NCBI GenBank assembly: GCA_964106915.2
Contig: OZ066915.1
Source: Podarcis gaigeae
Lineage: Eukaryota
DNA: 64,000 nucleotides
Direction: 5' to 3' (one strand)
Shown here: piece by piece, positions 45,241 through 58,936 of the stretch
How positions within the stretch are numbered: the stretch's first letter is position 1
How the letters are laid out: the number at the start of each line of letters is the position of its first letter
Notes under the pieces: generated by a model
The model's input: the letters and a program-made list of their open reading frames with translations, nothing else
The model's database searches: none
Told to the model about the DNA's origin: nothing
Translations under genes and position numbers: made by a program

Positions 45241-47244
45241 CTTCTTCTTCTAATTCCTCAACCCCAACCTTTCAGATTCAAATGTTGTAGAGTTGAAGGT
45301 GGCCTGAGAAACAGGCATCGTTTTTGGTACCCTGTTCACCAGGAACGGGGAATTTTCTTGGCACAATGGGCCAGATCCTGATCTTCCACCACCACCATCG
45401 CTGCTGACCAACTTTGACAGGTGAATGGAGCCACCCACCTATCAATCATCTGACATCATGATGCCAGCAGGTGACTGATAGGTGGGCGGTCCCACCCACC
45501 TGTCAAAAGTCGCCTTGCATCCTTTGGAGGGAGGCTTCTGTTTAGCTAGCGCATTCTCCTCAGGGAATGTGCTGGCAAAGAAATACCTGGCAGGATTCAA
45601 CATTTTGCTTATCAGCAGATGAGGGGAGAGTTCAGTCCTGCTCCCTTGCAGGGGCCTCAGTAGGATTTAACCTCCACTCATCAGCCAATGAGTGGAGGAT
45701 TAAAGTCTTCTGCTTTCCCTGTGTGTGTCAGTTCCCTATAGGGAGCTGGCAGGCGCAGCCAATGCAGGACTGAGTCCCATCCATCAGCTGACATCACACA
45801 ATGGCAGGTAGGTGTGGTTTTAGAGAAAGAGCCTCACAGGCCACATTGGACCCTTCAGCAGGCCAAGACCAAAGATTCCTCACCACTGACATAAGTCATC
45901 TCTCATAAACAGGTTTGCAGAGGGTTTCTTTGTGTATTGCTTCAGATACCTGCCAAAACTGTTTAACCCCTGTGTTGGGTTGAAATAAACGACAGACGAG
46001 TAGCAGGTGTCATCTGGGAGGCATCCTCTCAAGCATGTCTCAGGGAGTCCCTTTTATTGAATATTACAGCATTGCCACATATGTCTTATTCCTGATTGGT
46101 TAATACAGATACAAAGAAAGCGATACATGCCACATTTGTGCTTGATGCTGATTGGTTAAAGCAAAGGATACATGTCACATATATGCTTGGTGCTGATTGG
46201 TTAACACAAATACAAAGCAAGGATTACATATAGGTATTAATCACCAATAGATTAAAGGCTGGGAAAGGGAACACAGAACTAGACAAGCATGAAAACTTCC
46301 TAGTTAAATTATAATTAGCGATTAATAGAACAAGACCTAAAACAATTATTTATGATGGATAATGTAAAACTTAAAAGGACATATCAATCATGTTCCATAG
46401 ATGTGATCAACTATGCATTAAGAACAAGTCAGAATACCATGTTTTTCATGAGCTCAGTGAACTCAATATGAACTGAACATCCTGGGTATGTTCTCATCAG
46501 AGCAGTGTGTGTAAAAACATGTGTAGAGACAAATACTTTCAGAGACTTTCCTTCACCCCTGAGACAAAAAGGACCATGCCTCTCTCTCATTCCACCTTCA
46601 GCTCTTAAAACTGCTGTCCATTTCCAACCTAGAGTAATCATTATGCAAAGTAAGGCCATGTTTCTGGACAATCAGTTACAGAAGAAGAATTTCCTGCATG
46701 GTTCAGCTTTCATTAATATGGAAATTTAAGGGGGAAATTTCACTAGGTTCATGTGAAAGTGAAAGAAACCTGAACATGCTCCATTCCAGAAAAGGAGGTG
46801 ACTTATAGTAAGCTGGACCGTACATTAAGTGTATGTCTGCATTTTATATCCTGTTTGCTGTTTATTTAAGTAGCAACCATGGCAGGGAGGAATTGAATTG
46901 TGATAGGGACTGGACCAAAGGGCAGTTTCGCCCTCTCTCTCTAGCTGCTCTCCAGATGAATATCATAAAACACACACAGCCAGCTACTATAAACTCTCAG
47001 AGTGATGCCAAATAATCAGATTGGGGTGCAAAATATATGCTCTACCAGTGACCCATACAGCTTGTTAGAAATGCTAAGGGTGAAGCAGTATATAAATGGC
47101 TTAATAAATAAATACGAGTCCTGTCGTTCTTTGCGCTTGTTATCCAAAGTCTCTTCAAAGGAGGGTTGTATGAGATGCTAGGAGGAGCACCTCTGGTGGG
47201 GACAGGTTCTGCTCCTTCTGTGGAGCAATATGCAAATATACGTA

Positions 47245-47576
47245 CAGTGGTACCTCGGGCTACAAACACCTCGGGTTACAAACACTTCCGGTTACAGACT
47301 CTGCTAACCCAGAAATAGTACCTTGGGTTACAAACTTTGCCCCAGGAAGAGAACGGAAATCACACGCTGGCGGCAGCGGGAGGCCCTATTAGCTAAAGTG
47401 GTACCTCAGGTTAAGACACAGCTGTCAACTTTTCCCTTTTCTTGCGAGGAATCCTATTCAGAATAAGGGAATTTCCTTTTAAAAAAGGGAAACGTTGACA
47501 GCTATGGGTTAAGAACAGTTTCAGGTTAAGAACAGACCTCCAGAACAAATTAAGTTCATAACCAGAGGTACCACTG
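47245..47576. mobile_element. Tc1/mariner-type MITE with nested small TIR element (approx. 47418-47506)
   Basis: TA-flanked CAGTGGTACCTC TIRs; insert bounded by AGCTGTCAAC/GTTGACAGCT. Confidence 0.75.
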
Positions 47577-48600
47577 TACAGTTATTTAAGGAGGAGCTTG
47601 ATGCATTGAGCAAAAGCCAGGCATTTTAATGAACAAAATGCCCTTCAGAATTCCTTCCCTGTACTTAACTAGAGCACGAGACACTTAATTTTGGGGTCAA
47701 GGGTTAAAGCCCCACCTTGGGCAAAAAATTCCTGCATTGCAGGGGGTTGGACTAGATGACCGCTGTGGTCCCTTCCAACTCTAGGATTCCATGATTCCAT
47801 AGACATAAAAACAAATTACTTATGCTGCGGTTTCTGTAAACATTTTGGGAGTAGACTATTGACTGCTGGTGATAAGCTGCGGATGACGTGGGCTTGAAAC
47901 TTGGCCTCCTTCCCATTTTGCCTGTCCATCTGCGGGCAGCTGATAAGACAGAGACAGATGGGGAACCTTAGAAGAAAAACGTAACAGTCATCAGACACGG
48001 AGATTTGGGGCTGGGTTCCTTACAAATAGAGGTCCCCCTCTCTTTCTCCATCTCACATTAGCTTGGCTTGAGGACCATCAAATGTGGAGATGACTGACAG
48101 ATGCCAGCTGACTGATAAGAACGTTTGGAACCTCTTTCATCTTTTCATTGATTGCTCAAGTCCAGCTGTGATATTGTAAGGAAAAAAAGGGCCTTCTAAC
48201 TTAGGGGAGATTCGAGAGGAAAAGAATCACTCAGAATTCTTTGGTTTTCAGGAGATGGAAGCTGAAGGCAACCTGGGATATCAATGACAAATATTCTTCA
48301 CATGTAAGGTAAAAGAAAGTGCTATAGCATGATTTTGCAGCCGGTCAGCTTTAAAGCAACAAAAGAGCACTTCAGACAAATTTGCTATGGACCACAAAAT
48401 ATGTAGCTAATCCCTGAAACCATATACGTACTGCAGTGACTAACATGAAAGAGTTATTTAAAAGTTTTGAAGTGAAATGTTTCAGTTTCTGCCTTCTTGG
48501 CTGCTTTGATGTGAACCCTTTTCACACCAGAGCAGCTAAAAAAAGAGGGGAACTGAAATGTTTTGTTTTAAACCTTTAATATATCTGTTTTGTTAGACCC

Positions 48601-48777
48601 NNNNNNNNNNNNNNNNNNNNNNNNNNNNNNNNNNNNNNNNNNNNNNNNNNNNNNNNNNNNNNNNNNNNNNNNNNNNNNNNNNNNNNNNNNNNNNNNNNNN
48701 NNNNNNNNNNNNNNNNNNNNNNNNNNNNNNNNNNNNNNNNNNNNNNNNNNNNNNNNNNNNNNNNNNNNNNNNNNNNN
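48601..48777. other. Assembly gap (177 N)
   Basis: Run of N. Confidence 1.
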
Positions 48778-49381
48778 ATATGTAAATATTTTATTTCTGT
48801 AGTACTTCAATTATTGACGGGAGAGCTTTGTATAAAACTAATGCTGTACAGTAGGTAGTAAACATCCTAAGTTAAACACACTTAAATCTCATTGATTACA
48901 GTGGTACTCAGTGGAACTGTCAGCACCACTACAGACAGATATGTGTTCAAAGTCCCATCGAATTCAGCACAGGAGCAAGGCTTGCTCTGTGGTTAAAGGA
49001 TTTCAACTTTAAAAGGGCTTTTGACTTTGGATGGCTTGAAAACACATCTTTAAAAATAAATAATGGCTTGATGGTAGATAGAAGGGAAGGTAAGAGCTCA
49101 GATGGTTAGAGTGTGGTGTCAAGGTTGCATCCTGTGGAGTAACAGTGATTCATTCCAAAGGACTGGGAGAATGACAAATGCCTTTAGGAATAACAGTAGC
49201 CAACACATTTTTCTTGTGGTTTTATCAACTATGGGCACTTCCAGAATGTGACAGTTTTGTGGGTGGGAGTCAATCACATTCTGGCAAGTTCAGATTGTGC
49301 AGTTAAAGTGGATTGGGCACTCTTGTAATAATAATAAAAGATAATACTGTTTGTGCCAGAACAACATACTGGTAACAATTG

Positions 49382-49645
49382 TGTTGTGTACTGAAGTTCT
49401 CACCCTGGACCAGCAGGGGGACACTGTAGATAGTTTTCACTCAGGTCCACATATGCAAATAAGGGACTGAAAGTGACATTCAGTGACTGGATAGTTACAG
49501 AAAGTGGTTACTGTTGCGTCGTAGTGCAGCTCTATATAAGCAGGCTGGCTGAACCCTTCAGTTCAGTTCTGTTCTGGCCTGTGAATAAACAAGAGCTGCT
49601 TGAAGAATCGCTGTGTCGTCTGATATGTTCACCCACAACTTAACA
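49382..49645 (+). mobile_element. Solo LTR
   Basis: TGTT...AACA termini, 5-bp TSD AATTG, TATATAA and AATAAA; related to 57463-57727. Confidence 0.82.
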
Positions 49646-50619
49646 AATTGCTTGACATGATGTCATAAAGACAAATTAGGGCAAATGCTGACGTTAGCAG
49701 ATTGACTGGAAGTGGCATCTATGACAGGCAGAAATCCAGCCGGTTCCAACTTTCCCCATACAGGAACATAAGAAGTTTCTTTTTACTGAATCGGACCCAA
49801 GACTGGTCCATTCTAGGCCAGTCTTGCCTATGGTTACTAGCGGAGGCTCTCCTCTCGGACAGGGAACCTCTTCCCAGCTCTACCTGGAGATACTGGGAAT
49901 TGAACCTGCGACGTCTTGCATGACAAGGCAGATGCTCTACCACTGAGCCACTACAGCCCATTCCTTCATTACCTCTCCATGCAGGGGAAACCTGCATGTG
50001 TAATTTCTGCATGTCAGTTAAAGGCGCAGAGCTTCATTCTGGAGATGGGCCATTCTTCTCCCCTGCCTGCCTCCTCCTCCTCCTCCTCCAAAAAAAAAAA
50101 AAAAAGGAAAAGGAAAGACTTTAAGGTGGTAAGAAGTTTGAAAGAGATGTGACTGTTCCTACTGTATACATTCATCCCCGATTTGCCTCTGGCAAACAGA
50201 GGCTGTGTGTGCACGCTACCAGTTTTCTTAATCTGGATCAAAGCTGCTTAATGCATTGAAACACAGTATTTCCTAAGAAATGACAGGATAGATGAGGATT
50301 GGGGCAAATGTCGTGCTTTATGCTGCTTCTCAGACCAGTGCCTTGGATGCTGAGCAGGGGTGCAATATTCCTAAAAGTGACAATCAGGACAAAGTTGTTC
50401 AGCTTTTTGGGGGAGATGTTGACTGTTTGGGGGCTTTTATATGATTTTTAAAGCATTTTTATTTTTTAAAAACCTTTCTTGCTATACATCCGGGTTTTCC
50501 ACCTTTGTATGGCAGGCCTAATGCAGAGTAAACACAGCCAGATGTCTTTCTTATTTCAAATTCCTGTTTGACTGCAGGTGTCGGTGAGGCAAAGCAAATG
50601 GGAAGAGAGTCCTCTTGCA

Positions 50620-50667
<48 letters not shown>

Positions 50668-51000
50668 TTATTTATACCCCGCCCACCTGGCTGGGTTTCC
50701 CCAGCCACTCTGGGCGGTTTCCAACAGAACACTAAAATACAATAACCAATTAAACATTAAAAGCTTCCCTAAACAGGGCTGCCTGCAGATGTCTTCTAAA
50801 AGTCTGGTAGTTATTTTTCTCTTTGACATCTGATGGGAGGGCGTTCCACAGGGCGGGTGCCACTACCAAGAAGGCCCTCTGCTTGGTTCCCTTTAACTTG
50901 GCTTCTCGCAGGGAGGGAACCGCCAGAAGGCCCTCAGCGCTGGACCTCAGTGTCCGGGTAGAACGATGGGGGTAGAGACACTCCTTCAAGTATACTGGAC
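50620..51000 (-). mobile_element. L2-like LINE 3' fragment with (TTA)n tail
   Basis: RTLRSSAEGLLAVP..RAFLVVAPALWNALP..FRRHL. Confidence 0.78.
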
Positions 51001-51469
51001 TGCAAACCATCACAAAAGCCTATTGCAGCAGTCGCCGACCTGGTGCCCCCTGGGTGCTTTAGACTGCGACTGCCATCAGCCCCAGCATGTGAGCTGGATG
51101 GGACTGATGGCAGTAGTTGCTCAAAACATCTGGAGGTAACCAAATTAGCAGAGGCTGATAATTGGAAGAGCACCAAGGGCCAGATAGAGAGACATGGAGG
51201 GCCATATTCAGCTCCTGGGGGTCTGAGGCTCCCCATCCTTAAGCTAATCTCAAAGTAACATCTTCCTAGCATCTTCTTGTGGTCATCATGGACCATTCCG
51301 CAGGCATGCACCTTAAGTTACAAAACTTTATGAAAACAGAGAGAGAAAGAGGATTGGGTATCATAATCAGTTTGTAAATCTCTCTCTCTCTCTCTTTCTC
51401 TTTCTGTCTCTCTCTCTTTCTTTTTCTCTTTATCTTGCTTTATCCCCCAGAGGCCAGAAAAGAAAGAAA

Positions 51470-54400
51470 ATGGAGGTGACCATCTTCTCTTGCGACCCAG
51501 AAATGCGTTCCTTTCTGTTCATTCTCACCATTTTCTTTGTTATTCCACCTATAAATAATGTGGACCCTGGTAAGACTCTCACTAGTACCTCTCATAGAAA
51601 TTGTTCGTGGCTAAAGTGTCTTATTTTTCTCTGAAGGGAGATATCATCATCATCTACCAGCAGCCTAGATACCAGCTTCTCATACGTACCCAAAAGTACC
51701 GTGAAATTCTAAGTTGTTGTGGCATGCTTAGGTCCATCTAGCTCAGGAACCAGCTGTGGTCAAACCCAGGTCTCAGGGAAGATTATTAACATCACAACCA
51801 TGCCATACATTTAGAGCAGTCTGATACCTTTTTATTTATTTCATAAACTATACCGATTGATTATAAGAAAAGAAAACCTCAAAGCGGTTTAAAGAAACAG
51901 TTGTTGTTGCTGGGTTTTTTATGCTTCTTTTGAATAGATTCCAGGAAGACTTTGAATTATCCCACTATTTCTGTTTGTTCTCAATTCAGCAACAGGCCTT
52001 GCCCCCCTTATTTCCATCGAAGGCTATCAGGACAGGGGGATCCGAATAGTTTGCCGATCCAGTGGTTGGTACCCAAAGCCTGAGATCCTATGGAGAGGTC
52101 CGAATGGGAGGCACTTCCCTTCACTGGGACAAAAAATTTCCATGGAGGGCAATGGGTTGTTTGAGGTGCAGAACGACATCATCCTAACAGGAAGTTCAAA
52201 TCATAGCCTAACCTGTGTGGTCCGGAACAGCTTCCTCAACCAAGAAAAGGAATCAACTATTCATATAGCAGGTAAGCTGTCCAGAATTCTTGATAACGGT
52301 TCTGTATTTTGGGGCTGCTCTGTACAAATGATGCCTTCAAAATATAGTCTTTCCTTCAAAGAATTCTGGGAAATGTAGTTGGTTAAGGGTCAGGGCTAAA
52401 CTACAGTAGCCAGAATTCTTTGAGAGAAAGGATGTACTTTGAATGTGCTTTGAAGGTATAAAGGTAAAGGTAAAGGGACCCCGACCATTAGGTCCAGTCG
52501 CAGATGACTCTGGGGTTGCAACACTTATCTCGCTTTATTGGCCGAGGGAGCCGGCGTACAGCTTCCGGGTCATGTGGCCAGCATGACTAAGCCACTTTTG
52601 GCAAACTAGAACAGTGCACGGAAACGCCGTTTACCTTCCCGCCAGAGCGGTACCTTTTTATCTACTTCCACTTTGGCGTGCTTTTGAACTGCTAGGTTGG
52701 CAGGAGCAGGGACCGAGCAACGGGAGCTCACCTCGTCGCGGGGATTTGAACCGCCGACCTTCTGATCGGCAAGTCCTAGGCTCTGTGGTTTAACCCACAG
52801 CGTTTTAAATTCTCAAGTGATGTGTAGTGAACGAGTGAGGGGAGAAGCCTGAAGTCAACCAACGTTGACACCAACGTATTCTAAAGAGAAGGAACTCAAG
52901 AAGAGAACCAGTGAGAACTTCTAGCAGGCTCACTTCCCAACTAGGTCATTAGAGACAGTGGCAGATTAAATTCGCTGTTGAAATGTGCACCAAGATGATT
53001 TCATAGGACTGTAGAATTGTAGAGTTGGAAGGGACCTTGATGGTCATCTAGTCCAGGGGTAGGCAATCTAAGGGGCCGGATGCGGCTCAATTGCCTTCTC
53101 AGTCCGGCCCACAGACGGTCCAGGAATCAGCATGTTTCTACATGAGTAGAATGTGTCCTTTTATTTAAAATGCATCTCTGGGTTATTTGTGGGGCATAGG
53201 AATTCGTTCAATTCCCCCCCCCCCCCAAATATAGTCTGGCCCACCACATGGTCTGAAGGACAGTGGACTGGCCCGCGGCTGAAAAAGGTTGCTGACCCCT
53301 GATCTAGTTCCCCATCCAGGTTGAAGCCATACTGGAACCTGCTGAGCGTTGCAAATGTGCTAGCAATTTTATTGCTGCACCCCTTTCTCAGCTCCATGTT
53401 ACATTTTCATCAGTAGGGAGCGAGAGCGAGCGAGCGAGCGAGAGAGAGAGAGAGAGAGAGATGGGGAAGACACAGGGACCCCATTTTATTTATTGCCTTT
53501 CAGTCAGGTGATTCTCAAAGTGGCTTTCATAATAAACTACCCCTTCCCCTGCAAACTCACAGCAGTCCTTAAACCCCTGGCTGACGAAAGTTCTGGGACA
53601 TATTGCTATTCAGTTCCAGACAGCATCACCCTTGCATATATATATGTACTGGGATGCCATGCTGGATGAAGCAAGTGTTATGTCTGAGTATATTTCAGCA
53701 AGGATAGGAAGAAGTGCTATATTATAATATGTTAGATTAAAATCACTTTTGATTCAGGATCTGGGCAATGGTGAGCTCCTACTGCGGCAGCAGGGACTCG
53801 TTTGAAGCTCCTCTCAGGATCAGGAATTTCCTGCAGAACAGGAGGCTTATTAAAAGTTCAGTGCTTGGAGGATAGGGAGGGCAAAATTCAGGGCCTCAAG
53901 TGTGCAGAACCAGCATGCAGCTCAGAAGGCTATAAAAACCCCTGCAGCGTGATCAGAAGGGGGAGAACGCAATAGCGGGGGGGAGGGAGAGGCGCTGCCA
54001 AATCTTTGGCATCTGTTTTTCTTTTATTTGATTCAGAAGCCAGGTTTATAACATCGTTGGTAATTTGCTTTGTTTTCAGATCACTTCTTCCCAAAGATCT
54101 CTCAGTGGATAGCTGGTTTGTGTGTCTCCCTCTTGGCTCTTCTCGGTTTCATTCTCCTCCTCCTTTACCTGTTTAATATAAACAGTGAGTACCTAGGAAG
54201 CTGCGTCATAAAGGTAAAGGTAAAGGGACCCCTGACCATTAGGTCCAGTCGTGACCGACTCTGGGGTTGCGGCGCTCATCTCGCTTTATTGGCCAAGGGA
54301 GCCGGCGTACAGCTTCCGGGTCATGTGGCCAGCATGACTAAGCTGCTTCTGGCGAACCAGAGCAGCACACAGAAACGCCGTTTACCTTCCCGCCGGAGCG

Positions 54401-57400
54401 GTACCTATTTATCTACTTGCACTTTGACATGCTTTCGAACTGCTAGGTTGGCAAGAGCAGGGACTGAACAACTGGAGCTCACCCCGTCACGGGGTTTCGA
54501 ACCGCCGACTTTCTGATCGGCAAGTCCTAGGCTCTGTGGTTTACCCCACGGCGCCACCAGTGTGTAAATGGTGTCATTATGTGCTTTTGATACCAGGTGG
54601 CACTGTGTAGCATCTTCTAGCTCAGTCTGTAGGTCAGCAGACTCTTAACCTCAGGGTTGTGGGTGCAGGGGTTTGGACTATATCAGTGTTTCCCACATTT
54701 GGGTCTCCAGCTGTTTTTGGACTACAACTCCCACCATCCCTAGCTAGCAGGACCAGAATGAGAAGCTGTGGCTTTAACTCTTGGCCCCCACAGTGGGCCT
54801 AATCCAGATTGTGCATCCAGACTTACAATTTGTATTGCCAAAAAGAAGAGGTCCCATCTGCTTCAGTCTTGCTCTTAATTAATCATGATACTACAGGAAA
54901 ATCGGCACACCTTATTCAGACCAGAAACAACGGGTGGCTAGATTGTACACTCAAATGTTTACAGCAGTTATAATTATTTCTTCTTTCCTTTCTCTTCTAG
55001 GAAAGCTTTCTGCAGAACTGAGTAAGTCATTCTGCCTCTTTTGAGAAGAAAAACACATTTAGGTCACAGTGCTGTGCAGAGACAGGCAGTCTTAAGTCCA
55101 TTAATTTAAATAAACTTAACCATGCCTGAGAGTACAATTCTTGTTGTTTACTCAGACGCATATCCCACTGGTTTCACTTGGCTTTACTCCCCAGTAATTG
55201 TGCATAGAATTGCACTGACTCTGTATTGGACTGTGGTCTTAAAAAAAAGGGGGGGGGAGACTATTTTAGTAAAATTAGGTTGTTGTTTTTAAGTAGACGT
55301 GAAAGTTTGGTTCAGTTCAAGCCAATAGCAAAAACAGCTGAAACAACACATGCAGCTTGAGTGGGTAAAAATAATTGATTCAGAATTTCCACTGTAAAAG
55401 GTATTTCAAAAACCTTTCCCCAGTTTAGAATAAGGCTTGTTAGGTAGCAAAACTGCTAACTCTACACTAACAGTGGCGCCCACCCTGTGGAACGCCCTCC
55501 CACCAGATGTCAAAGAGAACAACAACTATCAAACTTTTAGAAGACATCTGAAGGCAGCCCTGCTTAGGGAAGCTTTTAATGTTTGATGTATTACTGTATT
55601 TTAATACAGTATTTGGTTGGAAGCTGCCCAGAGTGGCTGGGGAAGCCCAGCCAGATGGGCGGGGTATAAATAATAAATTATTATTATACCATTATTATTA
55701 TTATTATTATTATTACAGGACACTGGGTGTTTTCTCTCCATGTTTCCAAGAACAGGTGAAATTCATCAAACTGAGGCATTCAGCCTCGGTTCCCTTTTTT
55801 AAAAAATGTTTGAATTATAGGAGGGGGCTCTCCCCATGCACATATTCAACATTGTTTTCCCAATAGAATCCTTGGAACTGTGGTTTGTTTAATGGTGCTG
55901 GGAATTGAAGCTCTTGAGGGAACTACAGTTCCCAGAACTGCCACAAAGCACAGACACTCTCTGTACAATGTCCAATGGCCTACTCTGAGGCAAAATAACC
56001 CAGGATAGTCTAGAAGGGCCCATATCATTTAATGGCACCAAAAACTATTCAGAACAGGCCTCAGAGGAGGTCAGCACACCAGAAGAGAACGCAGTCAGCA
56101 CATCTCCCTCAGATGGTACCTTGTCTTGTGCCAGGCCTACATAGCTGTCAGCACTGAAATAGTATTGGTGTTTTTTATGCATAAAGCACCCAAAGATCAA
56201 GATTTTCCATATCAATGTTAATTTGTCATTGTGTGGTTGCTTTTAGGTTGGAGGAACTTGGTGATGCCAATCAAAAAAGGTAAACGGCTCTCCTGTTTTC
56301 GTATGCGTGTCACAATGCATTATTTCAGGCATGAAATCTGTTGCCACTCCCTTTTTCACATTAATTGAGGACGCAATAAAACTACCATGGTGCGGTTGAG
56401 TGGGGTGGGGAAGGAGAACCTGTGAGGTGAATATCTTTCGCGTGGTGAGATTTAGCACTCACCATGTGATGGGAATCTGGTGTTATCCATTCGGGTCACG
56501 TTTTTTAATAGTTACTTCAGAAGATTCTCAACGGTTACGGGAATCTTTGTTTGTTTATCAAGATTTATATACCACTTGATTTGTTTGTTTTTAAAGAACA
56601 AGAAAATCTCTAAGCGTTTTACAAACCTTGATATCCTCCACTGGTGCCACAGAATACCTGTTCTGCATCTGAAATAAATAGATATTTTAGTGTGGTGGCA
56701 CCTGTTGATATCCCTGTACTCTTTTCGGCACCTGCCAAAAACATTTTTGCTTAGACAAGCCTACTCAGGTATTGGAATGCTGGTGTGTTTTTAGTTTGCT
56801 GCTGGTTTCAATTTTTTGAATGCTCAGATAAGTTTTGACTAAAGATTTTGTTGTTTCCTTCATTTCATCAACCCCTGAGGGAATTTTATTTTTATTTTTT
56901 TACAATCAAGCAGTGTATCAACCATATGAAATGAATGAACCAATTTAAGGAAACACTACTGCTGTGGAGAAATTTCAAATCTCTAGGGGGGAAAGGCGAT
57001 TCTTCCACTTGACTGCCAGATAGTATTACCGGTGCATAAAGTTGATGTGTGAGCATCTACTCTTGGGTGTATTCTTTTAATTCAAACTTGCAGCAGTTTC
57101 TTCTTACAGAAAATCTTTATTATTTACACAAATTTACACTGGTCAAATCAGCGGCGTAGCGTGGGTTGCCAGCACCCGGGGCAAGTAATTTGCGCCCCCT
57201 AACCTGCCACCGCTGCCAGCTTCTTCTTGCTGCTGCCTGGGCTGGGCTATTTATGGTAAGGTAGCCACGGCGGCGGCGGGGGGTCCGTGTCAGGTGATCT
57301 GAGGTGAGTTGCCGCTGGCGCTGCCGCCCAAACGACGCTGCTTGCCCGGAGGAGGAGGAGGGCAGAGAGGCGAGGAAAATGCAACATGGCCCAGCAGCTG

Positions 57401-58773
57401 CAGCAGCAGCGGCGGCAGCGGGGCTGTGAGGAGGGGTTGCCTGGCGCGCCCTCCGCGGCTCTTGTTAAGTTGTGGGTTGACATAGCAGATGACACAGCGA
57501 TTTCTCCAAGTAGCTCTTTATTTTGTAAGCTGGAGTAGAACTAACTGCAAACAGCTCAGCCAGCCTGCTTTTATAGGCAGCCGGCTGTCAACATTGTAGC
57601 AACAACAGCCCAGAGTTCCCGCCTAAAATAACTGACGTGGACCTGAGTGAAAACTATCTACAGACCTGAGTGAAAACTATATACAGTATCCCCCTGCTGG
57701 CCCAGGGTGAAACTTCACTACATAACAGCCCTGACGCATGGGGACCGCGGCGAGCGCTGAGAGCCTTCAGCCCAGACGCGCGCACAGCTCGTCGGTTCCG
57801 CGAGACATGGGGCTCTGCTACAGCCTGCGCCCGAGGCTCTCCGGCGACTCCAGAGGCGGCGAGCGCGCCCCCCTGATGTTGTGCCCGGTGCGGCCGGCCC
57901 CCCCTACGCTACGCCACTGGGTCAAATAAAACAACATAATTCCTTCTCCTCTATCCATCCGACTCTGAGATTCAATTGCTCGTTTTCAACTTTGTTCATT
58001 TACACACTGACTTTGACCTTTAATGACCACATGCCCTTAATAGAGGCTCCTGTTACGAGATTTTTCTGTTGCCTAAGCAACCTGTTCAAGACCAATTCTT
58101 TCTAGAATATTCCAATAAGTCAAGAAGGCAGCAGGCAGATAGCACGTGCCAGTGCAACTGGTTACGCTGGCCCTCAGCCGCAACACTGTCTGGTTAACAC
58201 TGATATTGCCCTCCTTCCTTCCGTGACCTCTTTCCTTCTCATCTTCTCCACCCTGCAGCAAATGTAACCCTGGATCCGGACACAGCGAACAACGAGCTCA
58301 TCCTGTCTGCGGACCGGAAGAACGTCATACAAGGCTTCACATGGCACAGCCTGCCTGACAGCCCCCTGAGATTCAGCCTCGAGCGCTGCGTTTTGGGAAG
58401 CGAGGGCTTTTGCTCAGGAAGACACTACTGGGAAGTGGAGGTGGGCGAAGAGGGGTACTGGGCCGTGGGGCTGGCAAGGGGTTCCGTGAAGAGGAAGGAG
58501 TGCCTCAGCCTTGACCCCAGCGAAGGGATCTGGGCCGTGGAGAAGTGCCGGGTCCAGTACCAAGCTCTTACCGTCCCCGAGACGCCCCTGTCTTTGCGGA
58601 AGAGACCCAGGAAACTTGGGATTTACTTGGACTACGAGAGGGGGCAAGTGGCGTTTCATGACGTCAACCACAAGACACCCATCTTCACTTTCCCCTCTGC
58701 TGCTTTCGACGGGGAGGTGGTCTTCCCTTTCCTGCAGGTCGGGGTGGGATGCTGGCTTCGACTGTGCCCCTGA
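51470..58773 (+). CDS. Butyrophilin-like protein lacking IgV, 351 aa: join(51470..51569,51990..52271,54080..54184,55001..55021,56247..56279,58259..58773)
   Basis: Leader MRSFLFILTIFFVIP; IgC APLISIEGYQDRGIRIVCRSSGWYPKPEILW..LTCVVRN; TM WIAGLCVSLLALLGFILLLLYLF; 21-nt and 33-nt linker exons; B30.2 [31 protein letters not shown]; all introns GT-AG phase 1; 1056 nt open. Confidence 0.85.
52460..52801 (+). mobile_element. Sauria SINE
   Basis: AAAGGTAAAGGTAAAGGGACCCC head and family core. Confidence 0.82.
53054..53301. mobile_element. hAT-type MITE (8155 family)
   Basis: TIRs plus TSD ATCTAGTC/ATCTAGTT. Confidence 0.8.
54210..54557 (+). mobile_element. Sauria SINE
   Basis: Family head and core; inserted about 25 nt after the BTN TM-exon donor. 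Confidence 0.82.
55473..55715 (+). mobile_element. L2-like LINE 3' fragment
   Basis: APTLWNALPPDVKE..TFRRHLKAAL; (TAT)n tail. Confidence 0.72.
57149..57919. mobile_element. hAT element carrying captured GC-rich sequence (Pack-TIR-like)
   Basis: TIR CAGCGGCGTAGC/GCTACGCCACTG, perfect 8-bp TSD GGTCAAAT; ends match 30770-30937 but the interior differs. Confidence 0.85.
57463..57727 (-). mobile_element. Solo LTR nested inside the hAT element
   Basis: TGTTA...TAACA termini, TSD GCTCT/GCCCT, reverse-complement similarity to 49382-49645. Confidence 0.78.
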
Positions 58774-58936
58774 GACCTTCCTTGTGTGATGTTTAATGGG
58801 CAAGCAAGGCATGACACAGCGGACTTGGAAGGCACCTCAAAAGTCATCTCTGCTTATGCACTGCAGATGGGATGTGTGCATCTATTGCTTTATGTTTTCC
58901 TGCGCTTTTAAATATTTTGTGGGAAGCAGCCTAGAG

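Noticed and set aside
48568-48810. ORFs across the N run; gap as hiding place for the missing IgV exon
   Set aside because: Artefacts of N; the gap is upstream of the leader exon so cannot hold the IgV exon in normal order
54185-54516. 148-aa ORF extending the BTN TM exon
   Set aside because: Read-through past the GTGAGT donor into a Sauria SINE
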